33,494 nt of DNA from the NCBI GenBank assembly GCA_041480925.1, contig JBGPAV010000001.1:1-33494 (forward strand), given 5' to 3'. The stretch is from Candidatus Bathyarchaeia archaeon. GTDB taxonomy: Archaea; Thermoproteota; Bathyarchaeia; Bathyarchaeales; Bathycorpusculaceae. Within the stretch, counting starts at the first letter, position 1. Each line of letters opens with the position of its first letter. Of the stretch, positions 9,437 to 17,718 are shown in pieces. The notes beneath the pieces are model-generated. The model was not told the DNA's origin, made no database searches, and saw only the letters and a program-made list of their open reading frames with translations. A program made the translations under genes and the position numbers.

Positions 9437-9712
9437 GTGAACGTTCCGAAAGAAGTCACAACCTATTGTCCTAAATGCAAGAAACATCAGATTCACGCAG
9501 TCTCACTTTATAAAGCAGGAAAACGGAGAGCTTTGGCTAAAGGCGAACGTCACCATGAAAGGGAAAAGCGCGGCTATGGTGGTCAGAAGTACGCTCTCCA
9601 AAGAGAATTCTCTAAAACAACAAAGAAGCAGACTCTGAAACTGAAATGCAAAACCTGTGGTTATATGCGACACAAGGATGGTATGAGACTAAGAAAACTG
9701 GAAATAGCCTAG
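9437..9712 (+). CDS. rpl44e: 50S ribosomal protein L44e (eL42)
   Basis: VNVPKEVTTYCPKCKKH..YKAGK..GYGGQ..LKLKCKTCG. I place the start at GTG 9437, not at the track's 9401. Confidence 0.9.
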   Translation: MNVPKEVTTYCPKCKKHQIHAVSLYKAGKRRALAKGERHHEREKRGYGGQKYALQREFSKTTKKQTLKLKCKTCGYMRHKDGMRLRKLEIA

Positions 9713-9734
9713 AATGGATAAAAGAGTTGAGATT

Positions 9735-9932
9735 ATGTCTGAATGGGAAGAACTTATACCGAGACCAAAAAGTAGTTTCGTGCGCGTGAAATGCCTGAAA
9801 TGTGGCAATGAACAGGTAGTTTTCAGCCATGCCTCCAACAAAGTAAACTGTAACGTCTGCGGAATTGAACTGGCTGAACCTTCAGGCGGAAAGGCCAAAA
9901 TCAAGGGCGAAGTAGTGGCTGTTTTTGAATAG
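9735..9932 (+). CDS. rps27e: 30S ribosomal protein S27e (eS27)
   Basis: FVRVKCLKCGNEQVVFSHASNKVNCNVCG zinc ribbon. The ATG at 9735 is the likely start. Confidence 0.9.
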   Translation: MSEWEELIPRPKSSFVRVKCLKCGNEQVVFSHASNKVNCNVCGIELAEPSGGKAKIKGEVVAVFE

Positions 9933-9934
9933 GG

Positions 9935-10735
9935 ATGAACGATGAAATGGCGGTTGAGAAACAGGAACTGCCAGAGGCTGGAGACCTCGTAATCGCCACA
10001 ATACAATCCGTCACCGACTACGGAGCTTACGCTAAACTTGATGAATATGACAAACAAGGTTTGCTGCACATTTCCGAAATAGCATCTTCATGGATTAGAA
10101 ATATCCGTGACTTTGTGCGCGAAGGCCAAAAAATAGTCTTAAAAGTGTTGCGCGTGGACGCAGAAAAAAGGCACATCGACCTCTCCCTCAGAAGAGTCAC
10201 AAAAAGAGAAAAAATCGAGAAGATGATGTCCTACAAGAAAGAGAGAAAAGCCGATGCTCTGCTTCGAAGCGTCGCTGAGAAAGCTGGCTTATCACTTGAA
10301 GAGCTATACGGAAAAGCCGCCACCGCCATCGAAAATGAATATGGGCTCTACGAAGGATTTGAAAATGCCGTTAAGGAAGGCCCTGAGGTTCTAACAAAGA
10401 TTGGCGTTCCTGAGGATCTGGCTAAAATTTTCGTAGAAGTTGGACAAGAAAGAATACATGTTTCCATGGTAAAGATAAAAGGCGTTGTAGAAGTTAGTTG
10501 CGTTAAACCAAACGGTGTGAAAGTTATCAAAGAGGCTTTCTCCAACGCAAAGAAAGCAGAGAAATCTCGAGACGCAAAACTTCGTTTTTACGTTATTGCT
10601 GCACCAAAATATTGCATAGAAGTTATGGCGGATAACTACAAGCGAGCCGAGGATGTTTTGCAAAAGGTAGCTGATGACGTTATTTCTTATGTTGAGAAAG
10701 CCGGTGGACAGGGCGTTTTTAAGCGGGAGAAATAG
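9935..10735 (+). CDS. eif2a: Translation initiation factor aIF2 alpha subunit
   Basis: N-terminal S1 domain LPEAGDLVIATIQSVTDYGAYAKLDEY..GLLHISEI..VLRVD..IDLSLRRV. Confidence 0.9.
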   Translation: MNDEMAVEKQELPEAGDLVIATIQSVTDYGAYAKLDEYDKQGLLHISEIASSWIRNIRDFVREGQKIVLKVLRVDAEKRHIDLSLRRVTKREKIEKMMSYKKERKADALLRSVAEKAGLSLEELYGKAATAIENEYGLYEGFENAVKEGPEVLTKIGVPEDLAKIFVEVGQERIHVSMVKIKGVVEVSCVKPNGVKVIKEAFSNAKKAEKSRDAKLRFYVIAAPKYCIEVMADNYKRAEDVLQKVADDVISYVEKAGGQGVFKREK

Positions 10736-10737
10736 GC

Positions 10738-10905
10738 GTGTGGCTTCTGAAAAAGTGCGAGAAATGCGGAAATTATACGCTTAAGACAGATACCTGCCCA
10801 CATTGCGCCGGAAGTGTTCGTATACCCCATCCACCCAAGTTCTCGCCTGATGACAAGTACCTCAAATACAGAATGGCCTTGAAACAGGAGAGCCTGAAAA
10901 AATGA
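10738..10905 (+). CDS. nop10: H/ACA RNP protein Nop10 (55 aa; absent from the supplied ORF track)
   Basis: My hand translation from GTG 10738 gives (M)WLLKKCEKCGNYTLKTDTCPHCAGSVRIPHPPKFSPDDKYLKYRMALKQESLKK*. The C..C..YTL..CP.C...HP.KFSP.DKY..YR signature is present. The stop overlaps the next ATG (ATGA). Confidence 0.85.
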   Translation: MWLLKKCEKCGNYTLKTDTCPHCAGSVRIPHPPKFSPDDKYLKYRMALKQESLKK

Positions 10906-11675
10906 AGGAGACATTCATAAAAGAGAGTAAGGCTGTTGAACTGAACAACCCCATACTGATAGAAGGACTTCCCGGCCTTGGATTAGTCGGCAAAATAGCA
11001 ATACGCTACTTGATAAAGCAATTGAAAGCTGAAAGATTTGCCAGTCTTTACTCCCCACATTTCCCATACTTTGTGCTTGTTAGCAAAAAAGGAAGCGTAA
11101 GGCTTCTCTGCGGCTCATTCTATTCTTGGAAGAGCAAAAATGGAAAGAGTGACCTCATACTGTTCACAGGCGACAGCCAAGCCCAAACAATCGAAGGGCA
11201 ATACGAAATTTCTGATTACTTGCTTGATTTCGCAACCACTCACAAAGTGAAGATGATAATAACCATAGGCGGCTACAGAATGGAAGCGAAGGAGAAGCCC
11301 AAAGTGGTTGTGGCCGCAACGAATGAAGAACTTCTCAACAGAACCAAAGAGGCTGGAGCCATGGTGAGCCCCACCGGCAGCCCTATTGTAGGTACTGCAG
11401 GCCTGATTCTCGGAATGGCTCGCTTCAAAAAAGTTGACGCCCTGTGCCTCTTGGGCGAAACGAGAGGTTACCTACCAGACCCAAATGCTGCAAAGAGTGT
11501 TCTAGAAGTATTGCGGTCGATTCTGAAGATTGATCTAGACCTATCTGGTTTGGACGAAGAGATCGTCAAAGCAGAAAAAATGGTTACACGTCTGCAAAAG
11601 ATAGAAGAACAGAGAGTACTGCAAGCAGTGGAGACAAGAAAGGAAGAAGATAAGAAAATCACATACATTTCATGA
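10902..11675 (+). CDS. PAC2-family proteasome assembly chaperone-like protein
   Basis: LIEGLPGLGLVGKIAIRYL N-terminus. It occupies the usual position after nop10 in the conserved archaeal operon. Confidence 0.7.
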   Translation: MKETFIKESKAVELNNPILIEGLPGLGLVGKIAIRYLIKQLKAERFASLYSPHFPYFVLVSKKGSVRLLCGSFYSWKSKNGKSDLILFTGDSQAQTIEGQYEISDYLLDFATTHKVKMIITIGGYRMEAKEKPKVVVAATNEELLNRTKEAGAMVSPTGSPIVGTAGLILGMARFKKVDALCLLGETRGYLPDPNAAKSVLEVLRSILKIDLDLSGLDEEIVKAEKMVTRLQKIEEQRVLQAVETRKEEDKKITYIS

Positions 11676-11680
11676 TTTCA

Positions 11681-12772
11681 CTAGAGTCTCAATTCCTCTC
11701 TGATTATGTCTGCGATTTTGTTAGCCGCGTTTCCTTCTCCGTAAGGAGAATTGAGAGGCAACTCCTTCTGCTGAGTCAATGTTCTTTCCATAGCCTTCAA
11801 TATCGATTGCTTATCCGTTCCAACAACTTCCGCAAAACCTGTCTCAACAGCTTCTGGCCTTTCGGTTGAAAGTCGCATGACCAAAACACGTTTGCGAATA
11901 TTCGGCGCAGTGGCTTCTTCTTGTATGCCCCCAGAGTCAGTTACTATGACGCTACAGCGCTTCATGAGTACCAAGAAGTCCAGATAACCTAACGGTGGCA
12001 TGATTTGAACGTTTTTAGATGATTTGACTTTCCCGTAACTCCTGCTTTGAAGTAATTTCTTCTTCGTGCGCGGGTGCATTGGATAGACAACAGGTATAGG
12101 CGCCTCAGCGAAAGCTTCCATGAAATTTCTAAGCACCTTCAAATCATCCACATTTTCCGCTCGATGGGCAGTCGCTAAAGCAAATTTCTTGAAGTGAACT
12201 GCCTTAATGATGTCTGATTTTCTTTCCGCTATGGGCAAATGCTGGATTACTGCGTCAATAACAGTGTTGCCTGTCACGAAGGTTTTTCCCCAAACATTCT
12301 CTTTCGACAGGTTGCTTTCTGCAGTTTTTGTGGGCGCAAATAGATAGGAGGACAGGTGATCTGTTAGACGTCTATTATGCTCTTCAGGCATGCGGAGGTC
12401 AAAGCTCCTCAACCCTGCCTCAACGTGTCCAACAGGTATTCCCACTTTAACCGCGGCTAGGCTTGTCGCCAGAACCCCATTTGTGTCTCCTTCCACAAGC
12501 ACAAGTGATGGCCGTTTTTCCAAAAACAGTTTCTCCATGTGTATTATTATGCGTGCAGTCTGCATGCCTTGCGAGTATGCTCTGAGTTTGAAGCTGTAGT
12601 CAGGCGGTGGGAGTTCGAGATCTTCAATGAATTTCTGAGACATGTTGCAATCGTAATGCTGACCGCAATGAACAAAAGTGAAGGCTATTTTCTCTTTTCT
12701 CAGGGTTCTTATCAGTGGTGCCATCTTTATTATTTCCGGCCTTGTTCCAACAACGATCATCACTGACTTCAT
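11681..12772 (-). CDS. wecB: UDP-N-acetylglucosamine 2-epimerase (non-hydrolysing)
   Basis: GTRPEIIKMAPL, HVEAGLRSFD..MPEEHNR and DSGGIQEE motifs. Confidence 0.9.
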   Translation of the reverse strand: MKSVMIVVGTRPEIIKMAPLIRTLRKEKIAFTFVHCGQHYDCNMSQKFIEDLELPPPDYSFKLRAYSQGMQTARIIIHMEKLFLEKRPSLVLVEGDTNGVLATSLAAVKVGIPVGHVEAGLRSFDLRMPEEHNRRLTDHLSSYLFAPTKTAESNLSKENVWGKTFVTGNTVIDAVIQHLPIAERKSDIIKAVHFKKFALATAHRAENVDDLKVLRNFMEAFAEAPIPVVYPMHPRTKKKLLQSRSYGKVKSSKNVQIMPPLGYLDFLVLMKRCSVIVTDSGGIQEEATAPNIRKRVLVMRLSTERPEAVETGFAEVVGTDKQSILKAMERTLTQQKELPLNSPYGEGNAANKIADIIREELRL

Positions 12773-13003
12773 TCAGTTATCACTTTGAACACTCAGTATT
12801 GAAAGAGTTCGTTTTTAACGCTTCTCCGGAATACTGAATCCTTTTGCTTGGATATGATTCTGAATATTGCTGCTAGGTTTGGACTTTTGATCGACTATTC
12901 GAATCAAAATTGCCAAATTGCTTCTCTCCGTGTGACATACAAAGCACAATATTCGTCGACTCCATATCATTTTTCAAAAAACAGCGCAATTGGAGATGAA
13001 AAC

Positions 13004-13564
13004 ATGAAGCTAGCAAGGAACAGGAAAGCGTTGAGCACAGTAGTAACCACACTGATAATCCTCGTTGTCTCTGTACTACTTGCGACAGTTGTGACGTTCT
13101 ATGCGATCAACGTAACAACGACAAGAGTGCAGGAAGAGTCTCTGTTCTTGACTAAACAGCACGTTTGGTACAATACGTCAGGTTCTTGGGCTCAAGCCGC
13201 ATTAGTGATTGTGAACACTGGCGGAAGAGACGCAGTCATAGACAAGCTTTCAGTCCGAGGACAAGAATGCTCTTGGAGTAATGTCTACTTCTGGAGAACA
13301 AATGGCGTCGTCGTGACAGACGACTTGCAGGTAACGGCAACCGAGATCAGTGGAGCAACCTTCGACATAACAGTTCAGGGATCTGCACGAACTTTCAACC
13401 AGTCTACATCAGACATAACGCTAAAGTCAGGTTGGACAATAGTCATCTATGCGATGAATCCTGGCAGTATCTCACTGAACGACGTTGGATTGACAGTCAG
13501 TATAACCGCCTTCACCGCGAATGCGCAATACCACAAAGAAACAAATGTTGAGGCGGCGCAATAG
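13004..13564 (+). CDS. Archaeal type IV pilin-like protein (class III signal peptide)
   Basis: MKLARNRKA/LSTVVTTLIILVVSVLLATVV is a prepilin-type N-terminus. GGAG lies 9 nt upstream of ATG 13004. The track's 12848 start adds an implausible leader. Confidence 0.65.
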   Translation: MKLARNRKALSTVVTTLIILVVSVLLATVVTFYAINVTTTRVQEESLFLTKQHVWYNTSGSWAQAALVIVNTGGRDAVIDKLSVRGQECSWSNVYFWRTNGVVVTDDLQVTATEISGATFDITVQGSARTFNQSTSDITLKSGWTIVIYAMNPGSISLNDVGLTVSITAFTANAQYHKETNVEAAQ

Positions 13565-13602
13565 CCGCATCTTCTTTTTATCTCATTAGTCTCGGCGCTT
13601 TG

Positions 13603-15648
13603 TCACGTTTTCTTCAGGTATCCCTCTCTTGGTTCGTAGATAGTTCCTTCGCGGAGCAATTGTCCAATGAGCCGTTCGGCTTCGCCTCTTGAAATCTTGT
13701 ACCTCTCATCTAGCTCGTTCAGCAGGGTTGTCTTCTCTACGATTCCTGTCTCTCTTTCCAGTTCCATAAGCGTTGAAAGAATTGTCTGCAGCCTGTCTCT
13801 AACGCTCTTTGGCTTCCCAGTCATTATGATGTCGATATCCATCTTGTATGAGGACAAGTCGATCCCGACTTCTTCAAGCGATCTTTTCATGATCGCAATG
13901 GCTGCTTCTGCGTCCTCAGCTTTAACCTCTTTTCTGAGTGCTGAGCGAGCGTGCGCTTCAGCTACTCGAACTAGCGATTCGAGTTGGCGTGCAGTTATGG
14001 CAACCGGCGATCCTTCAGACTCGCTTGCTGATCGCATTGCGAGATAGAAGTCATTGAGCCGTTGTACTGCTTCGGGGGTCAAAGTGGGTCGTACTCCCTT
14101 AGCGTAAGTTATGTACTTCCTGAGGAGGTCAGGCGATATTGGAGGTTCAATGGGGCTCAATCCTTTTCTATGTAATTCAAGGATATGTGCCGACATTTTT
14201 CCATCTGATTCCTTGTTCGGTACATCTCTCAAGACGAAGATCAAGTCAAATCTTGACAGTATTGTTACAGGCAGAGAGATGTTTTCCGCAACTGTGCGAT
14301 GCGATTCATATCTTCCGAGAGACGGGTTTGAGGCAGCAAGTATTGCTGTTCTGGCGTTTAGCGTAGCAACGATTCCGCCTTTGGCTATTGAGACGGTGTG
14401 CTGTTCCATGGCTTCGTGAATTGCAACTCTGTCTTCAGGTCGCATCTTATCCATTTCGTCGATGCATGCGATTCCTTTGTCAGCGAGTACTAATGCTCCA
14501 GCCTCGAGATTCATTCCTCCACCTTTGTCTCTTATGACGGCCGCTGTCAGGCCTGCGGCAGTCGTGCCACGTCCTGAAGTGTACAGTCCGCGCGGCGCGA
14601 TTCTTGACACGTATTGCAGAAGTTGAGATTTTGCGGTTCCTGGATCTCCAACTAAGAGAGCGTTTATTTCTCCTCTGATTGTTATGTCTGGAAGGCTTTT
14701 TCCCACGCCGCCAAAAAGAAGGTACATTATTGCTTCTTTAATGTGCTCGTATCCGTAGATCGAGGGGGCGATGGATGCCACTATCTTCCTGTGTATCCAG
14801 GGGTCTTTTGCCAGTTCAAGGATTTTTTCTTCTTCTTCGGGTGTTGGGAGTGCTGTTTCGGGTTCCTTGTCTAGCACCTCGATTGAGTTGACGTCCAGGT
14901 AAAGCATGAATGTACGGAGTTTGCCGACGCCGCCCGGGCCAGCCGTCGAGAAAGCACGCACTATTCCAACTATCGAAATGTGGTCGCCAGGCCTCGCTAC
15001 GTCCACTACTTCCGTTCCAATAAGTTTGGCGTTTAGTGTTCGTGGAAGCTGTCCAGGCGGAAGGTCTTCTGGTCGCTCCTGTATCCTTAGGTCTTGGGAA
15101 TCTACGAATGTGGATTCTTCTTGGATGAAGTCGAATGGTCCTTTTGCAGCGCATGATGGGTTGCTGCAAGCGAATGGTGCCTTGACAAACTGACCTGTCT
15201 GGTTTACAGGGGTCATCTCGCCGCAACGTTTGCATTTGAACGCTGCCTGCATCACCATCGGGCGGACCGGTGTTGAGCGGACAACAATTCCTTCTACCAT
15301 GACAAGTTTTCCAATGTGATTAGAGCCGAGTTTCCTAAGCTGCGCAGCTTCTAGCAGCTTTACGATTCTAACTGATAGCGTCTGCGCTTCGAGTTTCTCG
15401 GCGTATTCAGGGTCTTCTATTCGTAGTTGATCATATGCTGCGTTGTTTGCATGTTTCAGATATTCACTTTGTCTTTCCAGCAGTGTTTCAGCGAGTTTTT
15501 GGTCAAAAACTAGGAGATCCTCAAAGTCGATTATTAATGATGTCTTGCCTGCTACAGCCATCTGGGCTATTCTTTGGCGATACTTTTCCGTCTTCAGAAA
15601 TTCTTGGAACTGTTCTTGCGGGTCAACTGTTTCCAGTTCTTCTGTCAT
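13603..15648 (-). CDS. mcm: Replicative helicase MCM
   Basis: Zn motif CKRCGE..CSNPSC, Walker A GDPGTAKSQLL, Walker B CIDEMDKM and Arg finger SRFDLIF. Confidence 0.95.
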   Translation of the reverse strand: MTEELETVDPQEQFQEFLKTEKYRQRIAQMAVAGKTSLIIDFEDLLVFDQKLAETLLERQSEYLKHANNAAYDQLRIEDPEYAEKLEAQTLSVRIVKLLEAAQLRKLGSNHIGKLVMVEGIVVRSTPVRPMVMQAAFKCKRCGEMTPVNQTGQFVKAPFACSNPSCAAKGPFDFIQEESTFVDSQDLRIQERPEDLPPGQLPRTLNAKLIGTEVVDVARPGDHISIVGIVRAFSTAGPGGVGKLRTFMLYLDVNSIEVLDKEPETALPTPEEEEKILELAKDPWIHRKIVASIAPSIYGYEHIKEAIMYLLFGGVGKSLPDITIRGEINALLVGDPGTAKSQLLQYVSRIAPRGLYTSGRGTTAAGLTAAVIRDKGGGMNLEAGALVLADKGIACIDEMDKMRPEDRVAIHEAMEQHTVSIAKGGIVATLNARTAILAASNPSLGRYESHRTVAENISLPVTILSRFDLIFVLRDVPNKESDGKMSAHILELHRKGLSPIEPPISPDLLRKYITYAKGVRPTLTPEAVQRLNDFYLAMRSASESEGSPVAITARQLESLVRVAEAHARSALRKEVKAEDAEAAIAIMKRSLEEVGIDLSSYKMDIDIIMTGKPKSVRDRLQTILSTLMELERETGIVEKTTLLNELDERYKISRGEAERLIGQLLREGTIYEPREGYLKKT

Positions 15649-16214
15649 TCTTCAGTCTCCTCGTATTCCAGTATTTGCATCCGCCAATCGCTTATCACTG
15701 AATGGAGTTGGTCGTAGAGATATCTTTCTTCCTTCGTGAAGTTTTTGAGAGTGTGCTCTGTTTGAGCTGGAGCAGAGGCGATTGAAACGATTTTCCTCAA
15801 CCTAGAGTTCACAATATCTCTGATTAGCTGTCTAGCTTTCTCGCATTCCAGCATCCGCTCAGGAGCTCTTGCGGAATCTCTCCTTAAACTGGCTAGGCAT
15901 CGCCTCATTTTTGGATAAAAATCATCAGGCAGTCTCGACATCTGCCCGGCTGTCTGAACCCGTTCTGTCCATTGAACTTTATTGAGCTTTGCAGTGTTAA
16001 GGTTTTCATCCTCGCGGAAATGGACGATTCCTGACTTTTCAAGTTCCTGAGCTACCCAGTACTGAGTTTCATATTCGTTTCCTTCTTCAAGAGGGCCTAT
16101 GGTCAATCCTGCAAGCTTGATCTCAGGACAATTCCTGTTAGCAACAATCTTTACAGGTGAATGTTCAAAGTTGAAATCTAAATGTGCGATTCTTTTGGAG
16201 ACTGTTTTGGGCAC
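15645..16214 (-). CDS. gins23: GINS subunit Gins23 (B domain then A domain)
   Basis: N-terminal small beta domain (IKLAGLTIGPLEEGNEY..WVAQELEKSGIV), then an A domain with LPDDFYPK and RLRKIVSIA. There is a 4-nt ATGA overlap with mcm. Confidence 0.7.
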   Translation of the reverse strand: MPKTVSKRIAHLDFNFEHSPVKIVANRNCPEIKLAGLTIGPLEEGNEYETQYWVAQELEKSGIVHFREDENLNTAKLNKVQWTERVQTAGQMSRLPDDFYPKMRRCLASLRRDSARAPERMLECEKARQLIRDIVNSRLRKIVSIASAPAQTEHTLKNFTKEERYLYDQLHSVISDWRMQILEYEETEE

Positions 16215-16365
16215 TCTCTCCCCTCTCGTCTATTCTGAAGCTACTCTCACGAGCAAATATAAGAACTGCAGTTTAAAAACCTAGATCATAAGTCTAGAAA
16301 AACGTGGACAACAACCGAATTTTCTTTTGAAACAGATAAAAAGTGGGAAGGTGAATTCTACTTTG

Positions 16366-17628
16366 TTATGGCCACAGCCCTAGCGTTATTATGGCGTCAG
16401 CTACTCTTCCAACGCCCAGCATCAGTGCCGCTGTTCTCGTGTCGCATTCTTCTTTCTTGGATACCTTGTAGACATCATTGAAGGCTCTGACCATCTTGCT
16501 TTCCAGTTTTCGGTTTACCTCTTGCGCTGTCCAGTGTTCTCGTGTCAGGTTTTGAACCCACTCGAAGTAGCTTGTCGTGACTCCGCCTGCGTTGGCTAGA
16601 ATGTCTGGTATGAGAACTGTGCCCTTTTCGTGGAGGATTTTGTCTGCTTCTGGTGTGGTTGGTCCATTTGCGCCTTCTGCGACTATCTTTGCCTTGATCT
16701 TATCTGCATTGGCCTTGGTGATTTGGTTTTCCAATGCTGCAGGAATAAGAATGTCACATTTTGTTTCGAGCACGTCTTCATTTGTGATGTGTTCGCATCC
16801 TTTTTCACACTTTTTGTAATCAACCACAGAGCCTGTTTTGGATTTGTGTTCTTGTACATCGTAGGGGTTCAGGCCTTTTGAGTTGTACATTCCGCCCATT
16901 GAATCGCTTACTGCCACGATCTTGGCTCCCATGTCGTGTGCTATTTTGGCTGCGTTCATGCCTACGTTTCCGTATCCCTGGACCGCCACTGTTGCTCCCT
17001 TAAGCTTTAAATTCAAATGCTTGGCTGCTTCTCTCGCGCAAACCACGACGCCTAGCGAGGTCGCTTGCTCCCTCCCTTCTGAACCGCCGATACTGATGGG
17101 TTTTCCAGTAACGCATTCTGGAACACTGTAGCCAGTTATTTGGCTGTAAGTGTCCATTATCCAGGCCATTGTCTGAGCGTCCGTGTACACGTCAGGTGCC
17201 GGCACATCGCGGTGTGGTCCGATGAAGTCGTAGAGAAGGCTCGTATATCGTCGTGTCAGTCTTTCAAGTTCGCCTTTTGACATTTGCTTCGGATTACAGG
17301 TGATTCCGCCTTTTGCACCTCCGTACGGAATGTCCACGACTGCACATTTCCACGTCATCCACATTGACAGCGCTGTGACTTCGTCCAGTGTGACATTTGG
17401 ATGGTAACGTATTCCTCCTTTGTACGGTCCTCTTGCATCCCAATGCTGCACTCGACATCCAGTGAAAACATCAGTCTTCCCGTTGTCCATTTTTACCGCG
17501 ACAGAAACGATAAGTGACCTCTTAGGATGAGCCAGCAATTCATGCATGCTGGGGTCAAGTCCCAGTTTTTTAGAAGCAATTTTTAGCTGTTCCAAAGCGA
17601 CTGTTAAGGCTGTATGTTCTTTTCCCAT
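16366..17628 (-). CDS. gdhA: Glutamate dehydrogenase (about 420 aa, hexameric class)
   Basis: KGGIRYHP, GGAKGG (catalytic Lys region) and VAVQGYGNVG dinucleotide fold. I prefer ATG 17628, which has AGGAGG 6-7 nt upstream, over the track's 17646. Confidence 0.95.
   Translation of the reverse strand: MGKEHTALTVALEQLKIASKKLGLDPSMHELLAHPKRSLIVSVAVKMDNGKTDVFTGCRVQHWDARGPYKGGIRYHPNVTLDEVTALSMWMTWKCAVVDIPYGGAKGGITCNPKQMSKGELERLTRRYTSLLYDFIGPHRDVPAPDVYTDAQTMAWIMDTYSQITGYSVPECVTGKPISIGGSEGREQATSLGVVVCAREAAKHLNLKLKGATVAVQGYGNVGMNAAKIAHDMGAKIVAVSDSMGGMYNSKGLNPYDVQEHKSKTGSVVDYKKCEKGCEHITNEDVLETKCDILIPAALENQITKANADKIKAKIVAEGANGPTTPEADKILHEKGTVLIPDILANAGGVTTSYFEWVQNLTREHWTAQEVNRKLESKMVRAFNDVYKVSKKEECDTRTAALMLGVGRVADAIITLGLWP
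16642..16716. repeat. 75-nt tract nearly identical (74/75, inverted) to 21741-21815 in the paralogous gdh
   Basis: My hand reverse-complement alignment found a single C/T mismatch. The tract encodes KANADKIKAKIVAEGANGPTTPEAD in both genes. Confidence 0.9.
17153..17220. repeat. 68-nt tract nearly identical (67/68, inverted) to 21249-21316 in the paralogous gdh
   Basis: My hand reverse-complement alignment found a single G/A mismatch. The tract encodes GPHRDVPAPDVYTDAQTMAWIMD in both genes. Confidence 0.9.
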
Positions 17629-17718
17629 AAGATTTCCTCCTTTCATCGTAGTTTATCTGCTTGGCTGGCTGTTAAATTTAAGGATTACTTAAGAAAGTGA
17701 AAGAAAAAAAGGATGGAG

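Noticed and set aside
12848-13003. The upstream in-frame extension of the pilin-like ORF (the track's start at 12848).
   Set aside because: It would place 52 non-hydrophobic residues ahead of a classic prepilin signal peptide. ATG 13004, with GGAG upstream, is the sensible start.
13667-15739. Multiple ORFs of 75-139 aa in the track overlapping mcm, in other frames or on the opposite strand (e.g. 13667-14047 +, 14111-14419 +, 14816-15235 -, 14906-15193 +, 15435-15739 +).
   Set aside because: They lie entirely inside a gene with unambiguous MCM motifs. Their translations are Arg/Ser/Pro-rich and low in complexity, which is typical of shadow frames.
16853-16890. Two TGTACAT heptads lie inside the gdh coding sequence, at 16853-16859 and 16884-16890.
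   Set aside because: They sit within constrained codons (DVQE and MYN), are 31 nt apart and so not in the 9-nt phasing, and have no flanking GTTCA/TGAAC arms. I am not claiming them as operator sites.
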